DNA from: Eledone cirrhosa
Taxonomy: Eukaryota
Direction: 5' to 3'
Length of the DNA: 64,000 bases
Assembly: GCA_964016885.1 (NCBI GenBank)
Contig: OZ024743.1
Span: 265,856,001-265,920,000 of the forward strand
This document shows positions 29,771 through 45,500 of the stretch, piece by piece. Made by a program: the position numbers and the translations under genes. Position 1 is the stretch's first letter. The number at the start of each line of letters is the position of its first letter. Below the pieces are notes generated by a model. That model saw only the letters and a program-made list of their open reading frames with translations, did not search any database and was not told the origin of the DNA.

Positions 29771-30045
29771 TGTGTGCTGTATTATTTAATATGTGTGCCT
29801 GCTTTTTGAAATTCTTGCCAAATTTGCTACTTACGCATTTGGCTTGCTGGTTTGGAGATTGAGAATTTTGCAATTCTGATAGTCCGAAGTTAATTATCCA
29901 GAAAAGCACGGCCCCAAGCTTTTGAATCGAAATATCAAGACATGCTGAACAAATTTAGCATAGTATCTATATACTGATCAACGTAGGCCAGCATGAATAA
30001 TACAATAGAATCATGGATACGGAAACATATGCGTATATGCATATA

Positions 30046-30155
<110 letters not shown>

Positions 30156-30984
30156 ATATATATATATATACATATATATATAATATATATATATACATAT
30201 ATATATAATATATATATATATATATACATACATATGTGTATGTGTGTGTGTGTATATTAGGTTTATATTGCGATATACTTGTTCGCTAGAATCAGAGTAA
30301 CCTCAAAGCCAGAATAATTGCAATATGCATTGCGTATATATGTAAATATGAAATAGTGTTATGTATATATGCATGCTTGTGAGTGTCACCGTTTGTGTTT
30401 ACGGTCTAAAAGTTGGTATTCTGTTTGCCTTAAAGTCTCAGGGTTTCACGGTTCACTTAATAGTAATATGCAAATTACTGAGTACACTTAAATAACACAC
30501 ACTTGTCATACTTCAAGACTCGAAAGTTTAATACATCCTTCCCACCTGTTTATTAACACTTACTCAAAACATCATAATTGCTATCCATTTTAGTCAAAAA
30601 TCTGATAATCTCTCAGATAATACCGATAAACTCTCAATTGCTGGGTGAACAAAGAATACACCAATTATCCCTTGTGTAGTGGTTGGCATTATGAAAGACA
30701 CATTACTGTAGCAATCTTGCCAAACATAGGGTTCAGATGTTTCATTATTCGCTGCAATGTCACGTATGTCACATCAACTTCCTTAGTTCTGTCCTCCATA
30801 CACAAATCTATAAACGCACACTTATGAACTTGTTCGCAACCATGGCTATGGTAGTTTTACCGAGGAATTATAGAAGAAACCATTATAAATCATATTATTT
30901 CGGAAACATCTGGAAAATATCAACTTACTAGTTAAAACAACAATAGTACGATTTTTAAGATATCAACAAAGGATTTTGTCACAT

Positions 30985-31200
30985 CCCCCCTTCTTCTTCT
31001 TCTTCTTCTTCTTCTTCTGCACCCATTTATTCCAACTGATCCAAGGGAGCCCAGCCAACCTAATGGATGTTATCCAACCATCTTTCACGGGGTCTACCCC
31101 TGGGTATCCTGCCGGCTGGTTCTGCCCGTAAAATCTGACATTCTAATCACACTCTCCATATACTAGTGATACGTTTTCGGGAAATTAGTGGTGACTATGA
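30985..31200 (-). mobile_element. RTE-like LINE 3' end
   Basis: The - strand reads AGRIPRGRPRERWLD followed by a (GAA)n tail (TTC repeats at 30990-31018). Confidence 0.6.
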
Positions 31201-31586
31201 TCTTGCCATTAGACCCCATAATCTATCATGTGTGAGTCCAAACGCAGTCACCTCTTCATTAACATTCTGGTTCTCGCTCCTGTGGGCTTTTGTTGTGGTT
31301 TCGGTGTTTATGTTCTGCAAGACTTGATTTTGGCGGATACCATGGAACTCCCTTGATCCTGTGCCATTGTAACTGAAATGTTGTTAGTAACAGCTGACAC
31401 CGCTATTGGTCATATATATTTGTCTTGGCCGTGATAATGTAGAGGGTCGGCCAAATTATATGAATTATGTTAATGTCAAAATAAGCACTACTGCAAAATT
31501 ATCTCGAGCACTATGGCAATTCGGGCATAAAAATATGATATATATTCGGTTTAACTCTATATAATCTTACTACCACTTGCCTTCAT

Positions 31587-31670
<84 letters not shown>

Positions 31671-32295
31671 CAACCCCGCAGCACGTTTATTTCATATTTA
31701 CACATATTTTTTCCCCTACTGTTACCCGTCTATCTCGTTCTTACTGCTTCCTCTTTCTCTGTATCTTTACCCTCTCTAGCAGTAACTCTCTCTGTTAGCC
31801 TCTTCCTCACCCTTCACTCACTCATTCTTCGTTAATACCTCTTCTCCTCCTCCTTCTTCCCGTTTGACCTGTGCGTAATTCTTTTCTTTCGCACGCTTGA
31901 CCAGACCGGTCGGCATTTTTTCTCTCTCTCGACTACGATTTCACAGAACTTATGTTTACCGAATTCACAGACTAGACCCCTTCTTCCTCCCGTTAGACCT
32001 GTGCGAAATTCCTTCTTTGCTCACATTTCAACCAGGTTTGATGGTCTTTATTCTCTCTCGTTCATGATTTCACCGAATTTAAATTCATAGAAATTTGGGA
32101 CTTAACTCCTTCTCCCTCACTTTTCGTTGCTTCACCATTTTTGTTTGTTTACATTCGTGTCCCCTTTATTAACGTGTTCCAACGACTTTTATTAGTCGTT
32201 GCTCGCACCAACCGGAGTTATATGGTGTTTAAAGCGATGAAATACCAATGATGGTTGGAAAATCACTGATGAAGGACTAACATTATTCAGATATA

Positions 32296-32459
<164 letters not shown>

Positions 32460-32847
32460 TATCAATGATCAATATATATATATGCATATCAATGATCATG
32501 TATATATATGCATATATATATATACATGATCATTGATCTATAATCAGAAGAAATTCAGTTCTATTATAGAATAATCTTCAGGTTAATATTATTTAGAGAA
32601 ATTGTTGACATATGAAAGCAAAACCACATTACTGATGGTTTTCGCAATACAACAGATGATATCATAATTTCTAAACATGAATGTATTTAAATGTGTAATA
32701 AGCAATAAATGGATTTAAGGAAAATACATTTTCTCTGAGTGCGATGATTTTCGGTTTAAACAGAAATCTCTTGCCCTAATTCCTCACTCTTTCGTTTACT
32801 ATGCTCTCTACAATTTTCACAATTTCTTACTCCGTCTATTTCTCTTG

Positions 32848-32936
<89 letters not shown>

Positions 32937-33096
32937 ATATATATTTATATATATAGACATTTTACATATAAGCGTGTAAAATTGTATTCTGACCTATTAG
33001 TATAGATTGCATCAGAAGCTATTGGCAATATGCAGATACGTTCCTGAAAGCGAAACTAAAATATGAATTTATATATATATATATGTGTGTGTGTGC

Positions 33097-33169
<73 letters not shown>

Positions 33170-33176
33170 TATATAC

Positions 33177-33269
<93 letters not shown>

Positions 33270-33465
33270 ATAGCAGTTAGCAAAATCATACTTTTTTTTT
33301 ACTTTTATGGTTGTCGATATAAAAATATAACAATGTATCTTGGAAATAATTGCTATCTACAAAGAATCACAGCTTCGATTTCGTGTGGTAATTTCATTGG
33401 TATAGAATTTATATGGTATTTTACTTTCTATAGCACCAACGTACCACCATTCTATAATATACTAT

Positions 33466-33522
<57 letters not shown>

Positions 33523-33543
33523 TGTTTATATATATATACATAC

Positions 33544-33595
<52 letters not shown>

Positions 33596-33624
33596 GTATG
33601 TATATATATATATTGTATGTATGT

Positions 33625-33661
<37 letters not shown>

Positions 33662-33695
33662 CTATATATATATATGTATGTATATGTTTGTGTAC

Positions 33696-33816
<121 letters not shown>

Positions 33817-34221
33817 CATGTGTATAATTAATTATACATTTATCTCTATCTCTGTGTGTATGGCGTTGCATCAGCTTGTACGTACGTCTGTATAGTTATT
33901 GGCGTTGATTGTAGTGTGGGGGGGGGGGGGGATGTGTATGCCTCTTTCGGTACGTATGCACAAATTATGTATTTTTAACTGATTATGTTAGCCTTTCTTT
34001 CTATGAGTATGCAACATCTGTGCCTATGTGAGTATGTATGTGTGTGGGAGTGTATTCGTGCATTATATCGATGCATATAATATAAAATATAAGTTATACC
34101 ATCAGACTTATAGGTATTTTTGTCTCATTTGAATCATTTTATATTTGTTTATCTTTCAAAATAACTAACTAAAAACATTCGAATAAATTGAAAATTAAAT
34201 ATACATACATATATATCCATC

Positions 34222-34287
<66 letters not shown>

Positions 34288-35578
34288 CTTTATGTGTATA
34301 TACATATGTAAATACATATATACATAAATCGATAAATTTACTGTTTACAACATAGATCGATTGAAAAGTCACTATGTCGTCTCAAAAATAGATGTTTCAT
34401 TTCGAAGCCAAGTTGCCATTTTATAGATAAGATAAGAGACTATTGAAAAGCTATCGATCTGAGATCGGGACAAGACGGTCAAAGGGTGTTGTTGCTGTTG
34501 TTGAGTTAGTGGTGTTGGTCGGGATCTAACTAGTAATGGGTGTGTGAAAGATGCGGTGGTGCTTGTGTTGGCAGTGATCACGGTGGTAGCGGTACTAACG
34601 GATCTGGTGGTAATGAAGGTGGTAATGGTGATAGTGGTGGTAATAGTCATGTTCGTGCTGGTAGTGGTGGTTGTGATGGCAGGGTTGGTAGGGTCATGCT
34701 ATGTTTTCGTTTCTGCTTTATTATAACTATCATTAAAGCTATTAGATTACATATGGAAGTCGTAATCTTCCATGGATTTAACAATATCCGTGTCTGAAAG
34801 AAATGGCGGGTTTTCAATGAATTATATGTATATATATATATATGACATAATACAATATATATATATATATGACATATATACAATATATTTATATATATAT
34901 ATATATTGTATTTCTTGGTGCAGTGCTTACAGTCCAATCCGCGTCAATATATTAGTGTCCCTAAACTCAACGTACCCAGTGAAGCAGGTGTGGTGTGACG
35001 GGGCAGCAGCTAACTGGTTGGGGGTTGCCTAGCTTCAGGCGGGTGGTAATTGTTCCTAGGGACATAATTGCCTCGCCCTCCGTCCAAAGCAGGCCATAGC
35101 GTTTTGTTCATACGTCACGTGCAGCCTTATAACTTGCAGGCTGCTGCTTTCCTTATTTCGTCACCCTGCTGAGGCGACGCTGAAGTGAACTCTCCATGGC
35201 GGAAGCCGGCGCAAGTTTTATGGGCGCTTGGCTGTTGTCCGTGCGGCACGTATTCCCTCAAACCATCAGTGGTGTTGTCCAAGGGAAGGGCAGAGATCGA
35301 TAAACCTGTGGAGGTTAAGTTCAGCTTTTGACTCCACTTAGATTGACTGACCTCCTAGGCTGACATTCCATCTACCCAAAGCAGTGGTTTGAAGGCGCCA
35401 GAAACAACCTTCGCTGCTTCAGCCAGTGGGAACTGTTCCGCAGGGTTTTGTTCATGTTAAACCACTCGAGATGGCCAGGAGCTGGGCTTGGTTGCTCGAT
35501 GCTATATGAGGTACATGACGCGAGGAGCATATTTTAAACAGTGCGAGTTGTTCTATTATATATATCTGCATGTCAAAG

Positions 35579-35671
35579 CACATATCTGAGAAGCTTTCGA
35601 TTCCAGATTCAGGAACGAACATAATCGATCATTCCTCGAACTGATCGGGAGTGAAACATATGTAGTATGTG
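35579..35671 (+). ncRNA. Type I hammerhead-like motif with a C3/A8 mismatched core
   Basis: CACATAT-CTGAGAA-[GCTTTCGATT/GATCGGGAGT]-GAAA-CATATG-TA-GTATGTG. Palindromic stem III, GUA triplet. Confidence 0.55.
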
Positions 35672-35771
35672 AATAAATATATATATATGCTGCATCACTG
35701 ATTCTTTATTCCCTAATTATTATTATTTTCATATTCACAAACACTCACACTCACACACATATATATATATC

Positions 35772-35971
35772 TCGGGGACATGTAGACACCCCAGGCCCGG
35801 ACCTTCCTCTTCCTCAAGCTATATGAACAATAACAACACTTTGGGATGGGAACTTCCCTCAAGCTATAGGGACTTCTCCGGGACATGTAGACACATCAGG
35901 GCCAGGACCTTCCTCTAGCTATATGGGCAACAACAACGCATGGGAAGGGAACTTTCCTCAAACTATAGGGA
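35772..35971. repeat. Two tandem ~105-bp units
   Basis: GGGACATGTAGACAC...GGACCTTCCTCT...CTATAGGGAC occurs twice. Confidence 0.75.
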
Positions 35972-36743
35972 CAGTAGCCCCGCCACACCGAGCCCACGGT
36001 AAACCTCCCCCCTACACTCTCACCACCTCTACACCTCCTCGATCGACTCCTATGGTAGCACAGACTTATGCATATGTCAATACATAGATCCTGTTATTTA
36101 AGATTGTACATGCACTGATACCTGCATATGTGCGTGTGTGTGTGTGTGTGCGTGTGTATGGGTGTGGGTGTGTGCGTGTGTGTGTGTGAGTATATATATA
36201 CATATATATATATGGGTGTATGTGTGTTTGTATAATCTGTGCGTGTGTGGGTATGTGTGAATATGGGATGCACCTGGGCCCGGGTTGGTGCGTGTGGGCT
36301 TGAAACGATGTGGGTTGAAATACACGCATATGTACTCTATACCGAATTAAAAACTGTAGTCCTCTGCATTTTCGGATTTTGACACTCAGGTGTTTTACAC
36401 TCCACTCTTGGCTCATTTGCTCTTAAAACGCACCACCCCATTATAGTGTAAAGATCGTAATCCTTTGCATTTCCCGATTCTGACACATAGCCTTTCTACT
36501 TCAGTCAATATTTCCCAAATCTTTCAAACTTTAATATTGGCTATAACACACACGCACTTTATTCTATTTTATTCATTTATTTATTTATTTGTTTACTTCT
36601 TCATTTTTTACTTCTTTATTTTATTGCATCGTACCATATAATTTTATTATTTATTTTATCTTTTTTTTTTTTTTTTTAATATATTTTTTTCATATTTTAT
36701 TTCTTCATTTACCTTATCAGATTCCATTATCTGTTTGGTACCT

Positions 36744-36945
36744 ATGCGGTGGATTGGCAATAGGCGGTGGATTGGCAGTATCGGTAGAGGGTCGGACGCC
36801 ATGCTTTCCAGCATACTTACGTCCCTTTACGATCTGAGTTCAAATCCTGCCGAGGTTGACTTTGCCTTTCATCCTTACGGGGTCGATAAAATAAAGTACC
36901 AGTAATGCACTGGGTATGGCTGGCCTTGTGCCTAAAGTAGAAACA
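36744..36945 (+). mobile_element. Full-length tRNA-derived SINE with 18-bp TSD
   Basis: Box A-like TGGCAGTATCGG, box B GAGTTCAAATCC. TSD ATTATCTGTTTGGTACCT at 36726-36743 and 36946-36963. The first ~18 nt are duplicated. Confidence 0.9.
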
Positions 36946-37247
36946 ATTATCTGTTTGGTACCTCCCACTGCGTGAAAGGGTGGTGGGATTGGTGCCAACC
37001 CACACACACTCATTCTTCTAAAGACTGCAGCAGTAGAACTAACGCTGACCTGCCAGCTGACCCCCTAACACCAATAAACACAAGGGAGGAGGTCAGCTGT
37101 ACTTAACAAAAACAATCACAACATATTGTCTTGCCTCAGAAAGAAAACAAATTTCTATAGACTTTTGACTGAGGAATGTTCTCACAACTGACCAATGGGA
37201 GGAGAGAGTGTCCTATGATGCCGAAATTCGTTTGTTCGAATTCATAT

Positions 37248-37463
37248 GATTCCAGTTCCTCAGAGAAATGACAGCCCAACCAGGAGCTGGACATATCAGA
37301 GTATTGACAGAGTAAAACACTTTAACAACACGTTACCTGTCTCTACCACAACAATTCGAACTGCCTGAAGAGGTCACAGCCAATGAAGGCTGTCACCGAA
37401 ATATATATAGCAGTACATCTTTAATAAACGAATCCAAATCTTAAATATTTGACTTAATTACTT

Positions 37464-37470
<7 letters not shown>
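37248..37470 (+). mobile_element. Family B 3' end with HHR (37360-37414)
   Basis: Homologous to 20910-21129. ACTGC-CTGAAGA-GGTCACAGCC AATGAA GGCTGTCACC-GAAA-TATATA-TA-GCAGT. Ends in (TA)n. Confidence 0.8.
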
Positions 37471-37548
<78 letters not shown>

Positions 37549-37968
37549 TGTATATATATATATATATGTCTTTAGATATATAAGTCGCAACCTTCCATGG
37601 ATTTAGCATGAATCATGAGTGAAAGAAATGGTGGTCTTTCAATTAAATATATTTCAAAATTAATACCTAATTCGTGCAACTCTTTAATGAATTCCTTTTA
37701 GTTGAAATCATTTTGACCTAAAACGATGACACCCCACCCACATATGCACACTGCTACCTCTACCAGTGTCGCATATCATGAGAAAATGGCGTTATGGGTG
37801 CTATCTTTCACTTTCTATATAAGAGTTTAAAAAATCATTAGTTTAATTGGGGTCTTTAATATTCTTTTACATTCTATTATATTCTCAGAAGCCGTAAACA
37901 TTTATCCGCTTGATTAACAAATAAAACCAATTATAACTAAACACTCTTCTTTATTTTTAATATTTCAG

Positions 37969-38062
37969 CTACAGCAGCATGTCGTGACAAGACACAGCTA
38001 GTTGCTAACCGCCATGGGTGGAAAGAATTCAGTTCTCCGTTTTATCCAACAGTATATGAAGG
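37969..38062 (+). CDS. CUB-domain protein, exon D (N-terminal part of CUB 2)
   Basis: TTTCAG acceptor, GTATGT donor. 94 bp, phase 1 to 2 like exon A. Encodes TAACRDKTQLVANRHGWKEFSSPFYPTVYE. No following exon was found in the window. Confidence 0.8.
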
Positions 38063-39509
38063 GTATGTATATTATGCATATTATGTATTATGTTATCAAA
38101 CTGGAACGCTACCACCACTGCTAACAAGAGCAAAAAACGACACATACATTTACACCACTACTACAACTAACACGCAAGCAAAGACATAATTCCATAATGA
38201 CAACAACGTTCATTAAGGCATTTCACCCTACGCTCTAAAGCTTCTGACAACTTGTTGATGGTAGTAACAGTTAAATATAGTTTAAAATATATTTTGAAAC
38301 TATTGAAACTTCCCTATATCGTATAAGACAATAGGAAACCATTTACATTGTTGTATTGAAAGAAGGATGTGATAAACATATGGAGAGTAACTGTAGTTGT
38401 TCAGATTACCAGAAGTATTTGTGGTTGAGATGCTATGCTGCTGACAATAGAACTACGAGATGAAACTCCCGTATAGCACATGTATAGTGACACCAGTTAA
38501 GATACATAAATTCGATTGCTTTATTTTGGCATGACGAACAAAAGGAGGTATTTCATTTTTTTACAGCTGACTTGTTAGGATTACTAAGTGTATCCATCGT
38601 AAAAATATTGCTGTAATGAAAGTCATCCCACTGATAGATGCATATAAGAACTGATGTAAAATAGCAATAATACATTAAGAAAAGAGATGTGAAAGTGAGA
38701 GGGATGCAATGTGTTGCGTTGTGATTGAAGCAGAATGTTGTAATTTTCAACTGTGAATATTTTTCGCCGCCATGGATATAACTATTTTTGCTTAAAAGGG
38801 CAAGAAACAATTAACTAATGCTGTTGCCAATAGTTCAGAAGAAATCGAAATGTAAGTTCCAGTCTAGAAGGAATAAGGATATATTGGCCATAAATTTCAT
38901 GGAAACTGTTGTCTGATACTTCATATAAATTGATTGCATATATTCTCACTGATTGTAATTGATCACATTTTAAGAGATATATGCAGGCCCGTGTTCTACA
39001 GTCGGAAATTTTATAGTCGATTGAATCAATTCCTATATATTAAGGGTGCGCATTGTATTGATGTCGGGGAATTAAATGACAAAGTTAACGCGTAAAATTT
39101 GAACTGATGATGACAAGACATAGCTATAAGGCATTACATTTGGCCCTACTTATATGGCAGTATATTCTGCATGCAATATAGTGGGTCGTCACAAAGATAT
39201 ATAGAGATGGTATTTGTAATAAGAGGATGAAACAATTCGTCCCACCTGGCAGAGGATATATTTTTATCTCGAATAAGTGCATGTTCAGTTGATTGCCCAT
39301 CAAAACTCGATGTGATTTAATATCCCGATACTAATATGCTTGACCAGAAGATCTTAAACGTATCTTGTCTCGCGGTCCATAAACAAAATTCCCCAAATCA
39401 TGGAACCAGTAAATATATTTGGCAGACAAATCCTTTCTCAAATTTAATTAAAAACTAAATTATACTAGAAGATATTTTAGCGAGAAAATGTATTAATATA
39501 AATAATATA

Positions 39510-40078
39510 ATTTATTCTACTTTTGGCACAAGGCCAGCAATTATACCAGTGTATTACTGGTACTTTATTTTATCGACCCCGTAAGGATGAAAAGCAAAGT
39601 TAACTTCGGCGGAAATTAAACTCAGACCATAAATGGCCGTAACACTTTGCTGCAAAGCAATGTGTCCGATCCTCTACCGATACTGCCAACCCATTCAATT
39701 TCGATAAAATACGCTTCAGCTCGAGGGGAATCAAAATAATTTCAGACAAAACTGGTATTTTCTGGAAACTCTCTTTGAGAAGCAGTGACCATGGCTTAAG
39801 TATTGGCACAATGCCAAAAATCTGGCGGGGATGAGTATATTGATTAAATCTACCCCAGTACATTACTGGTGATTTATGTTATCGACCCCGTAAGGATGAA
39901 AGGCAAAGCTACTCTCGGCAGCTTGCCTTATGTATTGAAAGGTATGTATTTAGTTCGTAGCTTGCATTTTCAGTCAACTGATAACTATTAATTGTTTCTA
40001 CTTTTGGCACAAGGCCAGCAATTAACCAGTACATTACTGGTACTTTATTTTATCGACCCCGTAACGATGAAAGGCAGG
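39510..40078 (-). mobile_element. Cluster of three SINE copies (one near full-length, two partial)
   Basis: CGACCCCGTAAGGATGAAA.GCAAAG core, with minor variants, at ~39574, ~39883 and ~40054. Confidence 0.85.
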
Positions 40079-40665
40079 TATTGTGAGTTAGTAAGAAAAT
40101 ACAATTCATAAAGTGAAATCGCATGAGTTACCTACAAATACATAAAGGTTATATATTTCCTTTCCCATGGAATGAAAGAATATCGAGCTGAGCCCGGCTG
40201 CATATAAGATTAGAAACAAGAAAGTAAATATTAAATGGTATAAAATATGTAGTTCACTATCTGCTATTCGACAACCTTCGGTTTCATAACATAATCAATA
40301 GCAAATAAGACGGTTAAAGATTAATTGTAAACGTAATTATTCATATACGAATTAAAATTATGAAAAAAACATCATTTAAATATAAAATCTCATTTTATTG
40401 AATGTTAATGTCCGGACATTTTGACCAGTTCGTAAATATATAGTGTCTTTGTTTGGGGAAATCTGTGTGTGTGTGTCTGTGTGTGTCTGTGATTACGTCT
40501 ATATATGTGAATATCAGATAAAAAACATTCTTTAAAAAGAAATTAACATCTCAGTTGACATTAATGGTTTTATTAGAAAACAAATATGGCTTTCTCCACA
40601 CACACACATATAAACAGACATTCATGTATGTATTTATGTATGTATATATATATAATACACACACA

Positions 40666-40755
<90 letters not shown>

Positions 40756-41145
40756 TGTGTGTGTATGTGTGTGTGTGTGTGTGTGTGTATGTGTGTGTGT
40801 GTCTGTGTGTGTGTGTGTATATATATATGCATTTCTCAAGTCTTCTTATTAGTTATTAATCGATACGTCTGACAGTGTAATAATAATATCAACTGGTATG
40901 AATAAATTATATAGAAAATGTTGTACCTCAACTATTGTATGTTGATTGTCGATCGAAGATTCTTTTAATATAAATGACTAGCCAACATATATTGAAATTG
41001 TTAATCATGACAGAAAAGTGGCATAATCAGATGAAATAAATTGAATGAGGTGAAAAGGGTGGTTGGCTAGATAGGCCTATGAGCCTAGGAATGTGTGGAG
41101 ACCTATATATATATATATATATATATTTATGTATGTGTATAAATG

Positions 41146-41178
<33 letters not shown>

Positions 41179-41362
41179 ATGTATATATATATATATATAC
41201 ATATATAGGTCACTAGTCTTCTATGTATATATATACACATATACACACACACAAGACCAGTGACCTATTTTTAAATATCCTACAAATATTAGTACACTCT
41301 TCAAATGGCTTGTTGATCACACAACCCAAATTTGGCGCCACTCTCTCTCTCTCTCTTTATAA

Positions 41363-41457
<95 letters not shown>

Positions 41458-41460
<3 letters not shown>

Positions 41461-41641
41461 AAGGTGTGGTAAGATACCAGGTGGACCATAACGCACCACA
41501 GTACTCAATACGTAGGGTAGTAGAGTGGGTAATAGGAAATGAGTCAGGACCCCGACGGCTTAGCTCCAGCTGTTTCGACAACTAGATCTGAACTGGCCTC
41601 GAAACGGCTGGAGCTCAGCCGTCGGTGTCCTGACTCTTTTG

Positions 41642-41642
<1 letters not shown>
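41458..41642. mobile_element. Short PLE 3' end with an inverted piece (same family as 5304-5490); smaller remnant at ~51680-51775
   Basis: Reverse complement of ~5355-5490. Only the GAAA-stem III-GUC half of the HHR is present, in both orientations. Confidence 0.7.
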
Positions 41643-41691
<49 letters not shown>

Positions 41692-41695
<4 letters not shown>

Positions 41696-42003
41696 GGTTA
41701 ATGACCATGTGATTTGCACCTAGAGAGTTCTCCCCAAGGCACAAATCCGGACAAGGATGTTCGTGGAAGACCAGCCATCGCCTATGCATACCAGTCTGCC
41801 CTCTCCATGTCAGCGATGATGTCCAGGGGAATGGCAAAGGCCGATACACTCGGGCACATTGACGTTGCAAGTCATTTATACTACTGAGTGAACGAGAATA
41901 ACGTGAAATGAACGTGAAATAAAGAAAACATCGCGTAGCCCGGTTCGAACATAACGATTGTAAACCCGACGTCCTGACCACTGAGCACACCTATGCCCCC
42001 CCG
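41692..42003 (-). mobile_element. Second tRNA-derived SINE family; related copy at ~16595-16780
   Basis: The - strand head has box A-like GCTCAGTGGTCAGG and box B GTTCGAACC. GGCAAAG.CCG.ATACA is shared with ~16680. Confidence 0.55.
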
Positions 42004-42004
42004 C

Positions 42005-42056
<52 letters not shown>

Positions 42057-42099
42057 CGTGTGTCTGTATATATATATATATATAAATATATACAAATAT

Positions 42100-42166
<67 letters not shown>

Positions 42167-42525
42167 TACACACACATATATATTATTTCTGAAGACGGCA
42201 TATATGTGTGTTTGGTATGTATATTTAATCTTGATAGTTTGTATAATTTTGTATAATTTTGTACATAGATCTGTTGAATATGCATGCCAATTCTAACACA
42301 TATATATCCTAGAAACGATCGTTAAATAATGAACTTTTTTTGTTTAATATAAGGAACTGTTTCATTGTTTTATTCATTATTTTTTTAATATTTTATCTTC
42401 ACTCTGTATTCCGTTTATCTTTCACCGAAAGTGATTTTTCATTGCATCTCTTCTTTCCATGATATCCGGAATACATTGAGTTCTTCATACGGATTGGACA
42501 CTACCGTAAACTCTTGGTAGATTTA

Positions 42526-42585
<60 letters not shown>

Positions 42586-45500
42586 TCATTATCTGTAAAA
42601 GACAGATTTTTGTGTCTGTATGTATGTATCAATTTTATACATTTACACAATTCCAAAAATATTGAATGAATAATTAAGCAGAATGTTTACAAATATTCTA
42701 ACTTGGGTCATGGGCGAACTTATTGGGTAAAAAATGCCACAATTACGGAAAAATCGATTTATTTCAACAATCGATGATTTCTCCTCTCTCATAAGATATA
42801 CGTTTCCTATATCTACTCCCTTCATCACCTCCCCTTAAAATTGCTATCTTCTCTTATAAGTGTTTGTGAAATAGAGAAACATTGAAAAAAAAACATATAC
42901 ACACATATATCTGGGTGCATACACACACATATATGTTGGTATGGTTACGATTGACGTCATAGAAACAAGAACGCGGGAATTTCAATCAATCAACGCATAC
43001 ACAGTTTGTTTTAGAAATAACAATAGCATATAATGATAAAGAGATATATAATGATAAAGAGGGAGAGAGAAACAAACAGACACACTAAAAGACGGATATA
43101 TGTGTGTGTGTTTGTATTAGCGCGTTCAAACTCCATTTCGAAGCTGACTTTCATTTACTAAACTGTAAGTTTTTCAATCGGCCTTACACTTTCAAACTAT
43201 ATTTTTCTGTATAAGTAACTTTAACCCTTTATTTTCGACATAAAAATATACACATACATACAAAGACCTGTAAAGTTTTTTTAGGGGGCCTTTCTTATCA
43301 ATCTTTTTACATTCAATTATCAGCCTTATACTATCAAATTCAATTTTTATGTTGAAGTAACTTTCAACCTTTAATACATACATACATACATGCATACATA
43401 CATACATACATACATACATACATACATACATACATACATACATACATACATACATACATACATACATACATACATACATACATACAAATACCTGTCACTT
43501 AATTTACACACACATCGGCCTTACACTTTCAAACTAAAATTGTCTGTAGAAGTAACTTTAACCCTTTCTTTTCGACATAAAAATACACACATACATACAA
43601 ATACCTGTAAATTCTTTTGGGGTGGGCATTTCTTATCAATCTGTTTACATTCAATTATCAGCCTTATACTTTCAAAGTCAATTTTTACGTTGAAGTAACT
43701 TTCACCCTTTATTTTTCGATACCCATTTACTTACTAACATTTGTATCACAACAACAATAACAATATTCATAAACAGACAGTAGACTTTCAAAGTCAATTT
43801 TTCTGTAGAAGTAACTTTCACCCTTTCTTTTGGACATAAAATGCCACCTAAAAAGAGAAGTCGCCTCAGTCGACATACCGCGTCAGCAGTGGCGCAAAAG
43901 GCTACTATAGCAAACGAGTCCTCTGAGGAAAATGCTTCAAGACTTTCACAGACAGCCTTACGTTCAGCAGAATGTCGAGCCGCTGAAAGTTTCCAACAGC
44001 GCACCGCACGCATAGCCAAAATGGCTTCATACCAGGCTTCTTCCAGGGCTTCAGAGAGCCGTGAACAAAGGTCGAAGCGCCTGGCTAGAAACGATGCGAC
44101 TAATGCTGCTTCCAGGTCTTTGGAACGTTTAAAACAACGGACGGCTCGCCTTCCTACGAACGCTGCGGCTATGACTACTTCCATGGCTTCTGAAGATGCA
44201 GACGGTCGGTCCATTAGCATTGCAAATGTTGCTTCTGCTATTGCTGCCAGACCTTCCCACCAACCACACGACCAATGTTCTACGTTAAAGCGTAACAGTC
44301 GACGGCAAGAAGCTGCACGCGGTGTGACGAGCTCCAACAGCCCTTACTGGCACCTACGGGCTTTCAAGTATGAGCAAAACGTTAATTACTCTATGCGCTC
44401 TGACATAAATATAGGCGAGATGCGCTTCAATTGCCAATTCTGCAATGCTACAAAGTGGGCTGGGGAGCCACCTGCAATGTGCTGCTTAAACGGTAAGGTC
44501 ACCTTGCCCCCTCTTACGGAACCGCCTGAGCTTTTGAAGGAACTACTGACTGGTTATACCTCAAGGTAAAAAAAAAAAAAAACCTGATCCCCCCAATAAA
44601 AAACGCTCCTGGGGGTACCGGAAAAACTTTTGTAACGAATTTGATTCTCGCTAAGATTCGTCAGGAGAAAAAAGTTGCGTTGTCCGTTGCATCGTCCGGG
44701 ATCGCTGCTACTTTGCTGCCGGGTGGCAGGACAGCACATTCAACCTTTAAACTCCCTTTGGATTTAGTAAAAACTGAGACACCAACATGCAATATCAGCA
44801 AGAGTTCACACAAAGCTCTGGTTCTCAAAAGATGTTGCCTCATTGTTTGGGATGAGTGCTCGATGGCACACAAGGGTGCCCTTGAGGCATTGGGCGGGAC
44901 CCGGAAAGACATTAGGGATTCTACGGCTCTTATGGGTGGCGTAACCCTTCTGCTATCAGGGGATTTTCGGAAAACGTTGCCTGTCATCCCGAATTGGACA
45001 AGAGCTGATGAAGTGCGTGCCTGTCTTAAGTCGTCCATGTTGTGGCTCCAGGTGAATAGTTTGTACCTGAGCACAAATATGCGTGCTCATTTGCGTGGTG
45101 ACAACATGTCTGCAGCACAGATCATTTTAGCACTTGGTGAGGGCAAGATCCCTGCGGCATAGCAATCGACACCCTGTGCAACATTGTGAGCAGCCCTTCT
45201 GACTTTTGGGAAACAGTTTTTCCTAATGTCTCATCTAACTTTAAAAACATCGATTGGCCCAGCGAAAGAGCCATCCTTGCTCCGAAAAATACCATGGTTA
45301 ATTTTATTAACGAGCAGCTGATTGAGAAGATTCCCGGTAAAGAGCACATCTTCAAATCAGACCTCGACGATATCGTTCATTATCCGGTTGAGTTATTAAA
45401 TCTCCTTGAACCCCTAGGGCACCCACCTCACATTATTGAGCTTAGGGCTGGCTGTCCCATTATGCTAATAAGGAACTTGCGTCCACCAAAGCAGTGCAAC

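Noticed and set aside
34540-34700. Gly-rich or Val-rich ORFs
   Set aside because: Decayed (GGT)n trinucleotide repeat.
36762-36850. tRNA gene
   Set aside because: The A/B boxes belong to a multi-copy SINE with TSDs, and no cloverleaf forms.
43702-44337. 211-aa - strand ORF (also 55938-56552 +)
   Set aside because: Antisense shadows of the Helitron and PLE coding frames.
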